From Candidatus Aminicenantes bacterium (GTDB lineage Bacteria > Acidobacteriota > Aminicenantia > Aminicenantales > Saccharicenantaceae), in NCBI GenBank assembly GCA_026393975.1, contig JAPKZD010000022.1:44483-108482 (forward strand): a stretch of 64,000 nt of DNA, read 5' to 3'. Numbering within the stretch: position 1 is the stretch's first letter; every line of letters begins with the position of its first letter. Below, piece by piece: positions 1-9,457 of the stretch. Below the pieces are notes generated by a model. That model ran no database searches. It was not told where the DNA came from and was given only the letters and a program-made list of their open reading frames with translations. Position numbers and translations under genes: made by a program.

Positions 1-2
1 CC

Positions 3-308
3 GTTGTCGTCGATGCGGCGGCCCGCTTCGTTCCGGGCGTCGTGGGCAAGGAAGGGTCGGTGGAGAACGATTCCTTCGCCGGGGGGATCCTCGATTTCCC
101 CCAATACACGAGGCCGCGGGAATTCCGGGGACTGAAGGTCCCCCAGGTCCTGTTCTCGGGCGACCACAAGAAGATCGAACGCTGGCGGCGGAAAAAGGCC
201 CTCGAAAAAACGATCCGGCAGCGGCCGGACCTGGTCACGCATAAAACACTTACCCCGGAGGACCGGCGTCTTCTGGAGGAAATTCCGAACGAAAGGAAGG
301 GCGAATGA
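3..308 (+). CDS. trmD: tRNA (guanine37-N1)-methyltransferase, 5'-truncated by window edge
   Basis: C-terminal motifs [32 protein letters not shown]; directly upstream of rplS. Confidence 0.95.
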   Translation, partial: VVVDAAARFVPGVVGKEGSVENDSFAGGILDFPQYTRPREFRGLKVPQVLFSGDHKKIERWRRKKALEKTIRQRPDLVTHKTLTPEDRRLLEEIPNERKGE

Positions 309-649
309 ACCTGGTCGACATGGTTGAGGATAAACAGTTGAGGAAGGACCTCGATCCTTTCAACGTCGGCGACACCGTCAAGATCCACGTTATCATCCGG
401 GAAGGCGACAAGGAACGCACCCAGATCTTCCAGGGCGTCGTCATCAGCAAGCGCGGCGCCGGCATGAAGGCCTCCTTCACGGTCCGCAAGGTCTCTTTCG
501 GCATCGGCGTCGAGCGTGTCTTCCCCGCGCATTCCAAGATGATCCGCAAGATCGAGGTCGTCCGCAAGGCCAACGTCCGCAGGGCCAAGCTGTACTATCT
601 CCGCGATCTCAAGGGCAAGGCCGCCCGGCTCAAAGAGGACCAGGGGTAA
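305..649 (+). CDS. rplS: 50S ribosomal protein L19
   Basis: [52 protein letters not shown]. Confidence 0.98.
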   Translation: MNLVDMVEDKQLRKDLDPFNVGDTVKIHVIIREGDKERTQIFQGVVISKRGAGMKASFTVRKVSFGIGVERVFPAHSKMIRKIEVVRKANVRRAKLYYLRDLKGKAARLKEDQG

Positions 650-660
650 CGTCGGGGGCC

Positions 661-1272
661 GTGGCCACCCTCAGGCTCGAGAAGAAGCTCTTCCGGGGTG
701 GTTTTCGGCTCGTCGCCGGGGTCGACGAGGTCGGCCGCGGCTCCCTGTTCGGCCCGGTCGCGGCCGCCGCCGTCATCCTCCCTCCGGAGTGGCTTCTGCG
801 GCGACCCCCGTCCTGGGCCGGCGCCATCGACGACTCGAAGCTTCTTTCCCCGGCCCGGCGCGCGAACCTCGCGACCGCCATCCTCTGCGAGGCCGTCGGC
901 GTGGGGATCGGCCTGGCCTCCGCGGCCGAAATCGATTCCTTGAACATCCTCCGGGCGACGCACTTGGCCATGGTCCGGGCGGTCGAGAGCCTGCCCGGCG
1001 CTCCCGACATGCTCCTTGTTGACGGGTTCCCGATAAAAGATGTAATGTATCGCCAGATGGGCATCCTGAAGGGAGACCGGAAGAGCCGGTCGATCGCCGC
1101 GGCCTCCATCGTGGCCAAGGTCTTCCGAGACGGCCTGATGCGGGTTTTCGCCGACCTCTACCAGGGCTACGGCCTGGACAGGAACAAGGGCTATGGGACC
1201 GAGGAGCACATCCGTTCGTTGAAGGACAAGGGGCCGACCGGACTCCACCGGACCTCTTTCAAGCTCGGATAA
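661..1272 (+). CDS. rnhB: Ribonuclease HII
   Basis: AGVDEVGRG, DDSKLL, LVDG, KGDRKSRSIAAASIVAKV, NKGYGT; canonical synteny after rplS. Confidence 0.96.
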   Translation: MATLRLEKKLFRGGFRLVAGVDEVGRGSLFGPVAAAAVILPPEWLLRRPPSWAGAIDDSKLLSPARRANLATAILCEAVGVGIGLASAAEIDSLNILRATHLAMVRAVESLPGAPDMLLVDGFPIKDVMYRQMGILKGDRKSRSIAAASIVAKVFRDGLMRVFADLYQGYGLDRNKGYGTEEHIRSLKDKGPTGLHRTSFKLG

Positions 1273-1284
1273 GAACGGAACGCC

Positions 1285-3432
1285 ATGAGCGCGCGCAGCG
1301 ACCGGGTCAAGATCATCGAGCAGGCCGAGAAGCACGTCCGGGCCGGCCGGGTCAAGGACGCCATCACCGAATACGAGAAGCTCGCGCTCACAGACCCCCA
1401 GGACGTCGGGACCCTCAACATCATCGGCGACCTCTACATCCGGCTCCGCCATAACGACCGGGCCGTCGTGTTCTTTCTGAAGGTCGCCGAGGAATACGAA
1501 CGTCGGGGCCTCTTCTCCCAGGCCCTGGCCATCTACAAGAAGATCCACAAGCTCAATCCCGAAAACGTGGAGTACGCCCTCAAGCTCGGCGACCTCTACG
1601 GTCAGCAGGGTTTCCTGGCCGACGCCAAGAACGTCTACCTGGCCATCGCCGGCGGCCTCGCCGGGGCGGAGAAGGTCCCGGACGCCATCGCCATCTTCGA
1701 GAAGGTTATCAAGCTCGATCGGGAGGACCTCGAAGCGCGGAAAGCGCTTTCCGGCCTGTACAGGGACGTCGGCAACCTCGACGCCGCCTTGGAGCAGTTG
1801 AACGATATCGCCGAGATCCGCGCGGAACACGACCAGTTCGAGGCCGCGGTGGGGATCCTCAACGAGGCCCTGGCCCTGAGGCCGGGGGATAACAAGAGCC
1901 TGGTCAACCTGGTCGACGTCTACAAGCGCCAGAACCAGGCCGGCAAGGCCATCGAGATCCTCGAAAAACAGCTCGAATCGACCCCCGACAACGTTCAGCT
2001 CCTCAACATCCTGGGAAACATCTACTTCGAAGCCGGGGACACCAAGAAGGCGGAGGAGATCTTCACCCGGATCGTGACCGGCCACCCACTCAACGTCAAT
2101 GCCCGGATCAAGCTCGGCCGCATCCAGATCCTCAAGGACAAGCTCGACCAAGCCTACGAGCTCTTCGAGCCCCTGATCAACAACCTCGTCATGAAGCACA
2201 GGGACGAGAAGGCCATCGGCCTCTTGGGCCTCATCCTGGAGAGCCAGAAGCCTCACCTGCCCGCTCTGGAACGCCTGGCCCTGATCTACCGATCGAACAA
2301 GGAAATGAAGAAACTCGAGGTCGTGGACCGGGCCATTCTGGACGAGCTCCGGAAGCAGGGAGACAAGGGCAGGATGGTCGCCGTCTGCGCGGAGCTCCTG
2401 GAGCTCCGGCCCGACGACGCCGACATCGCCCGGGAAGCGCAGGCCCTCCGGCTCGAGAAAGGCCTGCCCGCGGTAGAGGTCCGTGAGGAGACGCCGGAGC
2501 TTTCGAAAAGGGATCTCGAAGCCCTCCAGGAGGGCATGGCCCAGGCGGACCTCTACATGCAGCAGGGTCTCGTCCGGATCTCCCGCCGGCTCCTCGAGAA
2601 CCTCCGCTTCCGTTATCCCGAGGCGCCCCAGATCCAGAGGAAGATCGCCGTCCTCGACGAGGTCCGGACCCACATGGACGAAGAGGAGATCCGCCGGCGC
2701 GTCGAGAAGACCAGCGTCCTCGAAGCCAAATTCAAGGAAAAGACCGCGGAAAAAAAGGCCGAAGACAAGAGGGCCGAGGACCGCAAGAAGACCGCGGGTC
2801 CGTTCAAGGATGACGTCCTCGAAGGCGCGAAGGTCAGCACGGCCGATATCTTCGCCGGAACGGACATCCTCCCCTTCGTCAGTTCCGAAACCGGCGAGAA
2901 AAAATATTACGACCTCAAGGCGTTGGCGGTCGAGGAGCTCCGGCTGCTCGCCGCCGCGCACACCCAGCAGCTCCAAGGGGACACGTCCCAGTACGAGCGG
3001 GAGCTTTCCGGGATCGTCGCCGAATTCCGGAAGGACCTCCAGGCCAAGGTGGAAGGGGACGCCTCCGAGACCCACTACCAGCTCGGCCTGGCCTTCATGG
3101 GGCAGGGCCTCACCGGAGAAGCCGTCGAGGAGCTCACCCAGGCCGCAAAGGACAAGGAACTCGCCATCGACAGCTACAGTTTGATCAGTCAGTGCTACAG
3201 GCAGAAGCGGAATCACGATGAAGCGGAGAAATGGCTGAAAATGGCTCTTGCCGCGGCCAAGCCGGGCACCGACCAGTATTACGCCCTCTTCTATGAACTC
3301 GCCGAGATCTACGAGGAATCCGACGACCGGGAGAAGGCCACCTCCCTCTTCAAGGAGATCCGCGCCTGGAACCCGGGCTACCGGAACATCTTGGCCAGGC
3401 TCGAGAGCTTGGAAAAAGTGTCCGCCGGCTGA
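1285..3432 (+). CDS. Tetratricopeptide repeat protein (715 aa)
   Basis: Many TPR-like helices; C-terminal ETHYQLGLAF..EAVEEL TPR block. Confidence 0.85.
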   Translation: MSARSDRVKIIEQAEKHVRAGRVKDAITEYEKLALTDPQDVGTLNIIGDLYIRLRHNDRAVVFFLKVAEEYERRGLFSQALAIYKKIHKLNPENVEYALKLGDLYGQQGFLADAKNVYLAIAGGLAGAEKVPDAIAIFEKVIKLDREDLEARKALSGLYRDVGNLDAALEQLNDIAEIRAEHDQFEAAVGILNEALALRPGDNKSLVNLVDVYKRQNQAGKAIEILEKQLESTPDNVQLLNILGNIYFEAGDTKKAEEIFTRIVTGHPLNVNARIKLGRIQILKDKLDQAYELFEPLINNLVMKHRDEKAIGLLGLILESQKPHLPALERLALIYRSNKEMKKLEVVDRAILDELRKQGDKGRMVAVCAELLELRPDDADIAREAQALRLEKGLPAVEVREETPELSKRDLEALQEGMAQADLYMQQGLVRISRRLLENLRFRYPEAPQIQRKIAVLDEVRTHMDEEEIRRRVEKTSVLEAKFKEKTAEKKAEDKRAEDRKKTAGPFKDDVLEGAKVSTADIFAGTDILPFVSSETGEKKYYDLKALAVEELRLLAAAHTQQLQGDTSQYERELSGIVAEFRKDLQAKVEGDASETHYQLGLAFMGQGLTGEAVEELTQAAKDKELAIDSYSLISQCYRQKRNHDEAEKWLKMALAAAKPGTDQYYALFYELAEIYEESDDREKATSLFKEIRAWNPGYRNILARLESLEKVSAG

Positions 3433-3435
3433 CGC

Positions 3436-3490
3436 AAACAAAGAGGGACAGTCCCCACCCCCGGAGGGTGGGGACTGTCCCTCTTTGTTT
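3436..3490. terminator. Bidirectional intrinsic terminator / REP-like hairpin
   Basis: Perfect 25-bp inverted repeat (3436-3460 / 3466-3490, 5-nt loop) with A/T tails, between convergent genes. Confidence 0.85.
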
Positions 3491-3496
3491 TTCCGC

Positions 3497-4249
3497 TCAG
3501 TCGACGATCTTACCCGAAATGATGAGGATCAGTCCCTTGCCGCTGCCGTCGAGCTTGGAGACCCCGACGACGGTCTTGTCTCCCGGCTTGATGTTGAGCG
3601 TCGTCCCGATAAGGTCGGTCGTGATGTACTCGGGCTTAGCCGAGGTGGCGTTCGGCGGCATGCTGGCGATAAAGATCCGCCGCAGTCTGACCTCCATCTG
3701 AATGAGAGACGTTTTTTCGTCCTTGATGACCTTCGGTCTGATCCAGAACTCGAATTCGGCCTTCTCTCCCATCCGGACTTGCGAATCGGAATTATCCATG
3801 GCCCGGATGAGGGACGTATCGAGAAGGGAATAGCTCTGATACTTCAGGAGATTGCGGAGCTCCTTGATGATGGGATCGTTCGGCAGGGCCTCGCCGCCCT
3901 TCTCTTCCGTGTCCGTGCCCAGGATGAGCTGGACGGTAAATTGGAGGTCGGCCGGTTTGACGTCGACCTGACGGATGGCTTGAAGGATCCTTTCGATGTT
4001 CTCAGGATAGTCGCTGATGACGATGATCTTTTCATTGGGCCCCGGCTCGGTGCGCCCGTCGCGGCTGAGATAGGTGTTGATGAGGCCCGCCATCCTGCCG
4101 CCGGAAAAATATTTCAGGCGGACGAGTTCGGTCTTAACGGGCGGTTTCGTCACGTTCTTCGGTTCTTGGGCTGGGTCCTCGGCGAAAGCCGGAAGGACGA
4201 TGGCCAGGGAAAATGCCAAAGCCAGAAACGCGAGAATTCCCTTTTTCAT
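3497..4249 (-). CDS. Secreted protein with secretin N-terminal (NolW-like) domain
   Basis: Signal peptide; VRLKY..IIVISDYPENIERILQAIRQVDVKP resembles Secretin_N; only 250 aa. Confidence 0.65.
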   Translation of the reverse strand: MKKGILAFLALAFSLAIVLPAFAEDPAQEPKNVTKPPVKTELVRLKYFSGGRMAGLINTYLSRDGRTEPGPNEKIIVISDYPENIERILQAIRQVDVKPADLQFTVQLILGTDTEEKGGEALPNDPIIKELRNLLKYQSYSLLDTSLIRAMDNSDSQVRMGEKAEFEFWIRPKVIKDEKTSLIQMEVRLRRIFIASMPPNATSAKPEYITTDLIGTTLNIKPGDKTVVGVSKLDGSGKGLILIISGKIVD

Positions 4250-4722
4250 TTTTCATCTCCTTTCCATTCGAAATTCTTGTCGAGGAACCAGACGACTTGG
4301 AGTCCGGTTTCCTGTGATACCAGGGTGAGTGAAACGACGGAAGGTTCGCCCGCCGGCGATGTCCCTCGCGGCCCCAAATTCCCGTTCTTGAAGACGAGGG
4401 ACAGGACGGCCAGGCCGAGAAACGCGCCCAGGAACGAGGCGGCGGCCCATCGTGGCCAGGCGAGGAGCGCGGGCCGCCTCGTCGCGGGAGCCGCCGGTTT
4501 GAACCGGGCCGCAAGGGCTTGCCATTCGCCCTCGCTCCAGTCGGAAATACTCTCGGCCTTTGCCGCCGTTTTGAGCCTCGTCAAAGCCTGCCCGTATTCT
4601 CCGAGTTCTTTCCGGCACGCCGGGCACGAATCGACGTGAGCCCGGACCGCCGCCCCCAGCCGCGGCCGAAGGTCGTCGCCTGTGTAGAGGGGAATGAGCT
4701 TCTTCGCTCTTCGGCACGTCAT
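4246..4722 (-). CDS. Zinc-finger (zf-HC2) anti-sigma factor
   Basis: MTC..HVDSCPAC (HxxxCxxC), one TM helix; ATGA overlap with ECF sigma. Confidence 0.88.
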   Translation of the reverse strand: MTCRRAKKLIPLYTGDDLRPRLGAAVRAHVDSCPACRKELGEYGQALTRLKTAAKAESISDWSEGEWQALAARFKPAAPATRRPALLAWPRWAAASFLGAFLGLAVLSLVFKNGNLGPRGTSPAGEPSVVSLTLVSQETGLQVVWFLDKNFEWKGDEK

Positions 4723-5387
4723 CGTCCCTCCTCGGCGGCCGGGGCCCCGGGCTTTACCCGGGGGTCCGCTTCCGCCGTACTCGCCCGTGGATATAAGTCA
4801 CGGGCGAGTGGCGAGCCCAAGGCTCGTCCCTTGACCATGTGAGGAAAATTGGCCCTGATCGCTTCGCGGAGCTTCCGCCGAGCCGATGAAAGGTTCACGC
4901 GCACCGAGATGCTCGAACAGCCCAGGGCCCGGGCCGTTTCCTTGATGTCGAGCTCCTCGAGGTCCCTCAGGACGAAGACCTCCCGCTCCCGGGGGCTGAG
5001 CACCGCAAGACACGTCAGGATATCGGATCGGATTTCTTGGCGTTCCCGGCTGGCCTCCGAATTTGCGGAACCCGTGGCCCCATGGCCGGCGTTCTCGAAG
5101 GCCGCCTTCTCGCGCGTCCTCTTCCTGAACCTGTCGCGGGCCTCGTTGGCCGCGATCTGAAAGAGCCAGTTCCTGAAGCTCCGGGAGACATCGTAGCGGG
5201 AGAGGGAGCGGAAGGCGCGGAGGAGCGCTTCCTGCGCGACTTCCAGGGCCTCCTCCCGGTTGCGGGTCAGCCTGTAGGCCAGGGCGAGTAGCGGCCGCCG
5301 GTACGGGGTGACCAGCGGCTCGAACGCCTCGGTGCGGCCGGATAGAACCATTGCCACAAGCTCCTTCTCGGTTTCGTTCATCCGCAT
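4719..5387 (-). CDS. ECF RNA polymerase sigma factor (start may be 5381)
   Basis: Region 2 (EVAQEALLRAF..FRNWLFQIAAN) and region 4 (LSPREREVFVLR..ETARALG); atypical C-terminal tail. Confidence 0.93.
   Translation of the reverse strand: MRMNETEKELVAMVLSGRTEAFEPLVTPYRRPLLALAYRLTRNREEALEVAQEALLRAFRSLSRYDVSRSFRNWLFQIAANEARDRFRKRTREKAAFENAGHGATGSANSEASRERQEIRSDILTCLAVLSPREREVFVLRDLEELDIKETARALGCSSISVRVNLSSARRKLREAIRANFPHMVKGRALGSPLARDLYPRASTAEADPRVKPGAPAAEEGR
4722..4831. repeat. Palindromic three-hairpin element flanked by 8-bp direct repeat, inside ECF sigma 3' end
   Basis: TCGTCCCT at 4722-4729 and 4824-4831; hairpins 4745-4763, 4779-4809 (perfect 11 bp), 4811-4827. Confidence 0.55.
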
Positions 5388-5504
5388 GGTTATACCCGGG
5401 CCCGGGCGAAAATGTTAAGGCGTCCCGATGACGACGAACATAACATAGCTCGGGACGCGACTCCAGAGAGGGGTGGGCGGAGGCCGGCGGACGAGGAGTC
5501 GGCT

Positions 5505-6737
5505 TCAGGCGCCGATGAGAACGAGGTCTTTCACTTTCCGGAAGACTTCGAGGACCCGGTCGATCTGCTCGTCCGTATGGGTGGCCATGTAGCTCGTGCG
5601 GAGAAGGGCCAACTCGGGCGGGACGGCCGGGGGCAGGGCCACGTTGGTGTAGATCCCGGCCTCGTAGAAGACCTTCCAGGCCTGTATCGTCTTCATCATG
5701 TCGCCGATGATGATGGGGATGATGGGCGTTTCGGTCTCGCCGATATTGTAGCCCATGGCCTTGAGCTCGGTCCTCATCCGTTCGCCGATCTTGTTGACCC
5801 GCTCGACGCGCTCCGGTTCCTTCTCCAGGATGTCCAGGCAGGCGAGGACCGTGGCCACGTTGGACGGGGGGAGGCTGGCGCTGAAGATGAACGGCCGGGC
5901 GAACATCTGGATCCAGTGGACGACCTCCTTGGGGCCGGCGATGAACCCGCCGACCGAGGCCAGGGACTTGCTGAACGTGCCCATGACCAGGTCCACGTCT
6001 TTCTGGCAGCCGAAGTGATGCCCAGTGCCCCGGCCGCCGCCGAGGACTCCCAGGGAGTGGGCGTCGTCGACCATGAGCCGGGCGCCGTATTTCTTGCAGA
6101 TGGGGATGATCCCGGGCAGCTTGGCGATGTCGCCGCCCATGCTGAAGACGCCGTCGACGATGACGAGTTTCGCCGGGTCGGGCGGCAGGGATTTCATGAC
6201 CTCTTCCAGGTCGGCCATGTCGTTGTGCCGGTAATAGCGGGTCTGGACGTTTTTCAAGACCTTGGCCATCCGGACGCCGTCGATGATACTGGCGTGGACC
6301 TCCTGGTCGGTGATGACGATGTCGTCGCGGTCCATGACGGCCGGGATGGTGCCGAGGTTGACCTGGAAGCCCGTGCTGAAGACCAGGGCCGCCTCCATGC
6401 CGACGTACTTGGCCAGGCGCTCCTCGAGCTCGAGATGGAGGTCGAGCGTCCCGTTGAGGAAGCGCGACCCGGTGCAGCTCGTGCCGTACTTTTTAATGGC
6501 CTCGATAGCGGCTTCCTTGACCTTGGGGTGGTCGGTCAGTCCGACGTAGTTGTTCGAGCCGATCATGATGAACTTCTTGCCGTGGATGTAGACTTCGGTC
6601 CCCTCGGGGTGCTCGATGGGGATGAAGTAAGGGAAAATCCCCATGGCCTGGGCCGTACGCGGATTGAGGGGGTAGCCGTATTTCTGGGCGACCTTGGGGT
6701 CGGAGTAAAAGCCAATGCACTTTTCGAAGAGGTCCAT
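5505..6737 (-). CDS. PLP-dependent alpha-oxoamine synthase, serine palmitoyltransferase-like
   Basis: GIFPYF, GSNNYVGL, GSRFLNGTLDLH, HASIIDG, DGVFSM, DDAH, GTFSKS (PLP lysine). Confidence 0.85.
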   Translation of the reverse strand: MDLFEKCIGFYSDPKVAQKYGYPLNPRTAQAMGIFPYFIPIEHPEGTEVYIHGKKFIMIGSNNYVGLTDHPKVKEAAIEAIKKYGTSCTGSRFLNGTLDLHLELEERLAKYVGMEAALVFSTGFQVNLGTIPAVMDRDDIVITDQEVHASIIDGVRMAKVLKNVQTRYYRHNDMADLEEVMKSLPPDPAKLVIVDGVFSMGGDIAKLPGIIPICKKYGARLMVDDAHSLGVLGGGRGTGHHFGCQKDVDLVMGTFSKSLASVGGFIAGPKEVVHWIQMFARPFIFSASLPPSNVATVLACLDILEKEPERVERVNKIGERMRTELKAMGYNIGETETPIIPIIIGDMMKTIQAWKVFYEAGIYTNVALPPAVPPELALLRTSYMATHTDEQIDRVLEVFRKVKDLVLIGA

Positions 6738-6769
6738 TGTCACGTCCTTAGGAAGGATTTCAGTCCCTC

Positions 6770-6798
6770 AGTATAAGATTCTCCGCCTGCCGTGTCAA
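6770..6798 (-). promoter_or_regulatory. sigma70 promoter of SPT-like gene
   Basis: TTGACA-17 bp-TATACT on minus strand. Confidence 0.75.
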
Positions 6799-6810
6799 TT
6801 TTTGGGCCCC

Positions 6811-7689
6811 TCAGGTGGAGCGAAGAATGGGGCGGGTCAGGCAGGTCGGGCCGCCGGCGCCCTTGCGCGAGATCTCATCGCCTTCGTAGGTCCAGACCTC
6901 GATGCCGGCCTTGTTCAGGACCTCGATGGTTCGCGGGTTGCCGGCGAGGGCGACGCATTTCCCCGGCGCCATGGCTAAAACGTTCGTGGCCATGGTCGCG
7001 TATTCTTCATCCGGCACTTCGAGGAGCGCGAAGCCCATCTCGAGCAGGCGCTTGCGGAAGGGAACGGGCAGGAGGCGGGAGTAGACGAGGAGCGTCCGCT
7101 CGGCGACGGGGCTGAGCATGCTCATCAGGTGGAGGACATCCCCTGGCCCGTCCCAATGCGGCAGGGGCACCTCGATGACTTCGCATCCGTCTCCGCCGAC
7201 GATCTCCCGGAACTGCCGGATGCCCTCGGCGTTGGTCCGGTAGCCGTGGCCGACGGCCGCGGTCCTTTCGTCGAGCCAGGCGACGTCGCCTCCTTCGAGA
7301 GTGCCCGGCTCACGGATGGTCCCGACGACCGGCCAGTCGGCCTTCGCAGAGAAGTCGCCGACCGCGGCGGGCTCTCCCGAGCGGGGCGGCTTTCCCATCC
7401 GGCAGAGGACGATGCCTTTCCCGGTGACGCAGGCGGCGTCGCGGACGTAGATCGAATCGAGTCCGGTCCGGGCGTCCGTGGGAAGAAAATGGACATCGGT
7501 TACGAAGCCGCGCAGGATGTCGACGAAGCGGTCGTATTCCGCGACGGCTCTCCCGAGGTCCGGCTCCTCCGTGTAGCCCAGGGCTTTCCATTGATTCCGC
7601 ATATTTTCCTGGCCGCGCCAGGCCTCGCGGGGGTGCTTGAGGAGAAGGCTCTTGATCGGGGCGACTTCGGACAGGGCGCCAAGGGTCAT
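6811..7689 (-). CDS. Amidinotransferase / arginine deiminase / DDAH superfamily protein
   Basis: DSIYVRD, LEGGD, RTN, LHL, GGPTCLTRPI catalytic Cys motif. Confidence 0.88.
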   Translation of the reverse strand: MTLGALSEVAPIKSLLLKHPREAWRGQENMRNQWKALGYTEEPDLGRAVAEYDRFVDILRGFVTDVHFLPTDARTGLDSIYVRDAACVTGKGIVLCRMGKPPRSGEPAAVGDFSAKADWPVVGTIREPGTLEGGDVAWLDERTAAVGHGYRTNAEGIRQFREIVGGDGCEVIEVPLPHWDGPGDVLHLMSMLSPVAERTLLVYSRLLPVPFRKRLLEMGFALLEVPDEEYATMATNVLAMAPGKCVALAGNPRTIEVLNKAGIEVWTYEGDEISRKGAGGPTCLTRPILRST

Positions 7690-7935
7690 GTTAGGTCCTT
7701 ATTCCATGAATATACCGTGAATATACCGTCTTTGAATCCGGATTACAAAGGTCGGCCGCCCGAGAGGGCCCGGGATTTTTGGCATTGTTGGTGAATTTTC
7801 GCCGGTCCCCCCGCTTATAAACCGGATCTATATATGTAACTTGCTGATAATTAAGATGATAAAGAACGCCCGTGTTTTTTTTGTGGATTTTCTTCAAAGG
7901 ATAGGATAGAATCTCCGGACAAACTAGGAGGTAAA

Positions 7936-9189
7936 ATGAAAACATGTATGCGACTCTTCTTGGCCGTCGTCCTGGCGGCGGGCCTGACGATGGGCCTCTT
8001 CGCCAACGGCCTCAACCTGAACGGTACCGGCGCCAAATCCGACGCCATGGGCGGCGCTTTCGTCGGCCTGGCCAACGATTTCAGCGCGGCGTATTGGAAT
8101 CCGGCCGGATTGGCCCAGATCGCCAAGGCCAGCTTCTCACTTTACGGTGCGGATATCCTGCCCACGGGGACGTATGTGTTTTCCGGAGCCGGAGTCGACG
8201 CCAAGTCGACCCCCAAGCACTATCTGATCCCCGGCCTCGGATACTTCCAGCCCCTCGGCAAGAAGTTTGTCGTCGGCGTCTATGTCTATGCTCCTTCAGG
8301 AGCCGGCTCGACTTATGACGGCGCGGACCTGGCGAATCTCACGAAGTTCACACCCTATGATTGGAACAGCAAGCTGGGGATCTTCACGATCTCGCCTGCC
8401 ATCGCCTACAAGATCAGCGATAAGGTCCTGATCGGCGCTACCGTCGATATCAACTATGGCATGCTCAAGATGGCCCAGCCCATTCAGCCCGCTCCCGGCC
8501 TCTTCACTCAGTATTCGGAGGATTTGAAAGGCTGGGCGGTTAATGGCACGCTCGGCCTGCTCGTCAAACCCGTCAAGCAGTTCAGCTTCGGCGTGACCTA
8601 CAAGCTGCCCTTCACGGCCAAGCTCAAAGGCGACGTCACGATTCCCGCGGCCGCCGGCTTCGGCCTGCCGACAACGGATACCGGAACTCGGACGGCCAAG
8701 TGGCCGATGTGGCTCGCCGGCGGCATCGCCGTCAAGCCGACCGACAAGCTGACCATCACGGCGGACGTACAGTACACGAACTGGAAAGAACTCGATTCGA
8801 TCCCTGTCAGCTTCACTAATCCCGGTTGGCAGGCTGCCCTCGCGCCAGAGGCGGCTTACAATCTCGCCTGGAAGGACACGTTCCAGTATCGTATCGGAGC
8901 GGAATACTGGATCTCCAACAGCTTCGCCCTGCGGGCCGGCTACTACATCGACGAGAACCCTGGCCCCATTGAATCCCAGAACATCCTGCTGCCCGAGTTC
9001 AAGTACAACTGGTTCACGGCGGGCTTCGGTTACAAGTCAGATAAGTTCGTCATCGATGCCGCCATCCAATACGGTGTGGGCGGGGATATTACGGTCCCGC
9101 TCTCCTCATACATCCCTGGCCAGAACATGCCCGGCGTCCACGGCATGAGCATGTGGGTGCCGAGCCTCAACTTCACCTACAAGTTCTAA
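7936..9189 (+). CDS. FadL/OmpP1/TodX family outer-membrane transporter
   Basis: Signal peptide; AMGGAFVGLANDFSAAYWNPAGL hatch motif; C-terminal YKF. Confidence 0.92.
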   Translation: MKTCMRLFLAVVLAAGLTMGLFANGLNLNGTGAKSDAMGGAFVGLANDFSAAYWNPAGLAQIAKASFSLYGADILPTGTYVFSGAGVDAKSTPKHYLIPGLGYFQPLGKKFVVGVYVYAPSGAGSTYDGADLANLTKFTPYDWNSKLGIFTISPAIAYKISDKVLIGATVDINYGMLKMAQPIQPAPGLFTQYSEDLKGWAVNGTLGLLVKPVKQFSFGVTYKLPFTAKLKGDVTIPAAAGFGLPTTDTGTRTAKWPMWLAGGIAVKPTDKLTITADVQYTNWKELDSIPVSFTNPGWQAALAPEAAYNLAWKDTFQYRIGAEYWISNSFALRAGYYIDENPGPIESQNILLPEFKYNWFTAGFGYKSDKFVIDAAIQYGVGGDITVPLSSYIPGQNMPGVHGMSMWVPSLNFTYKF

Positions 9190-9201
9190 GAAATTCACGC
9201 G

Positions 9202-9241
9202 CCCGGGCCTTTCCCCCCAGGGGGAGGGCCCGGGATTTTCT
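9202..9241 (+). terminator. Intrinsic terminator after FadL gene
   Basis: GC-rich stem CCCGGGCCTTTCCCC/GGGGAGGGCCCGGG followed by ATTTTCT. Confidence 0.6.
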
Positions 9242-9457
9242 CCCCCGAAATTGACCCCCGTCGCGGCTTTGTGATATAAGCCTCTGTGGTATGCGGAATC
9301 CCGATCCCATGAGGCTAGACGCCGTCCCCGCGCCCCCTTGGAAATTCCCCCTGAGCATTCCCCCGCTTTCTTTCGGGGCGTTGTCCGCGGCGGCCGGCCT
9401 CCCTTGGCCCATCAGGAAAAGCGCGACCAGTCAACTCTGACGGATAGGAAGGTGAAC

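Noticed and set aside
595-3441. 948-aa antisense ORF (likewise 15661-18648 +, 56851-60108 - and many other long shadow ORFs)
   Set aside because: They mirror genuine genes on the opposite strand. High-GC codon bias suppresses antisense stops, and they carry no motifs.
7700-7930. AT-rich stretch as foreign DNA or sigma54 promoter (TTGGCA near 7779)
   Set aside because: Ordinary divergent promoter region; the -12 GC is absent at the required spacing.
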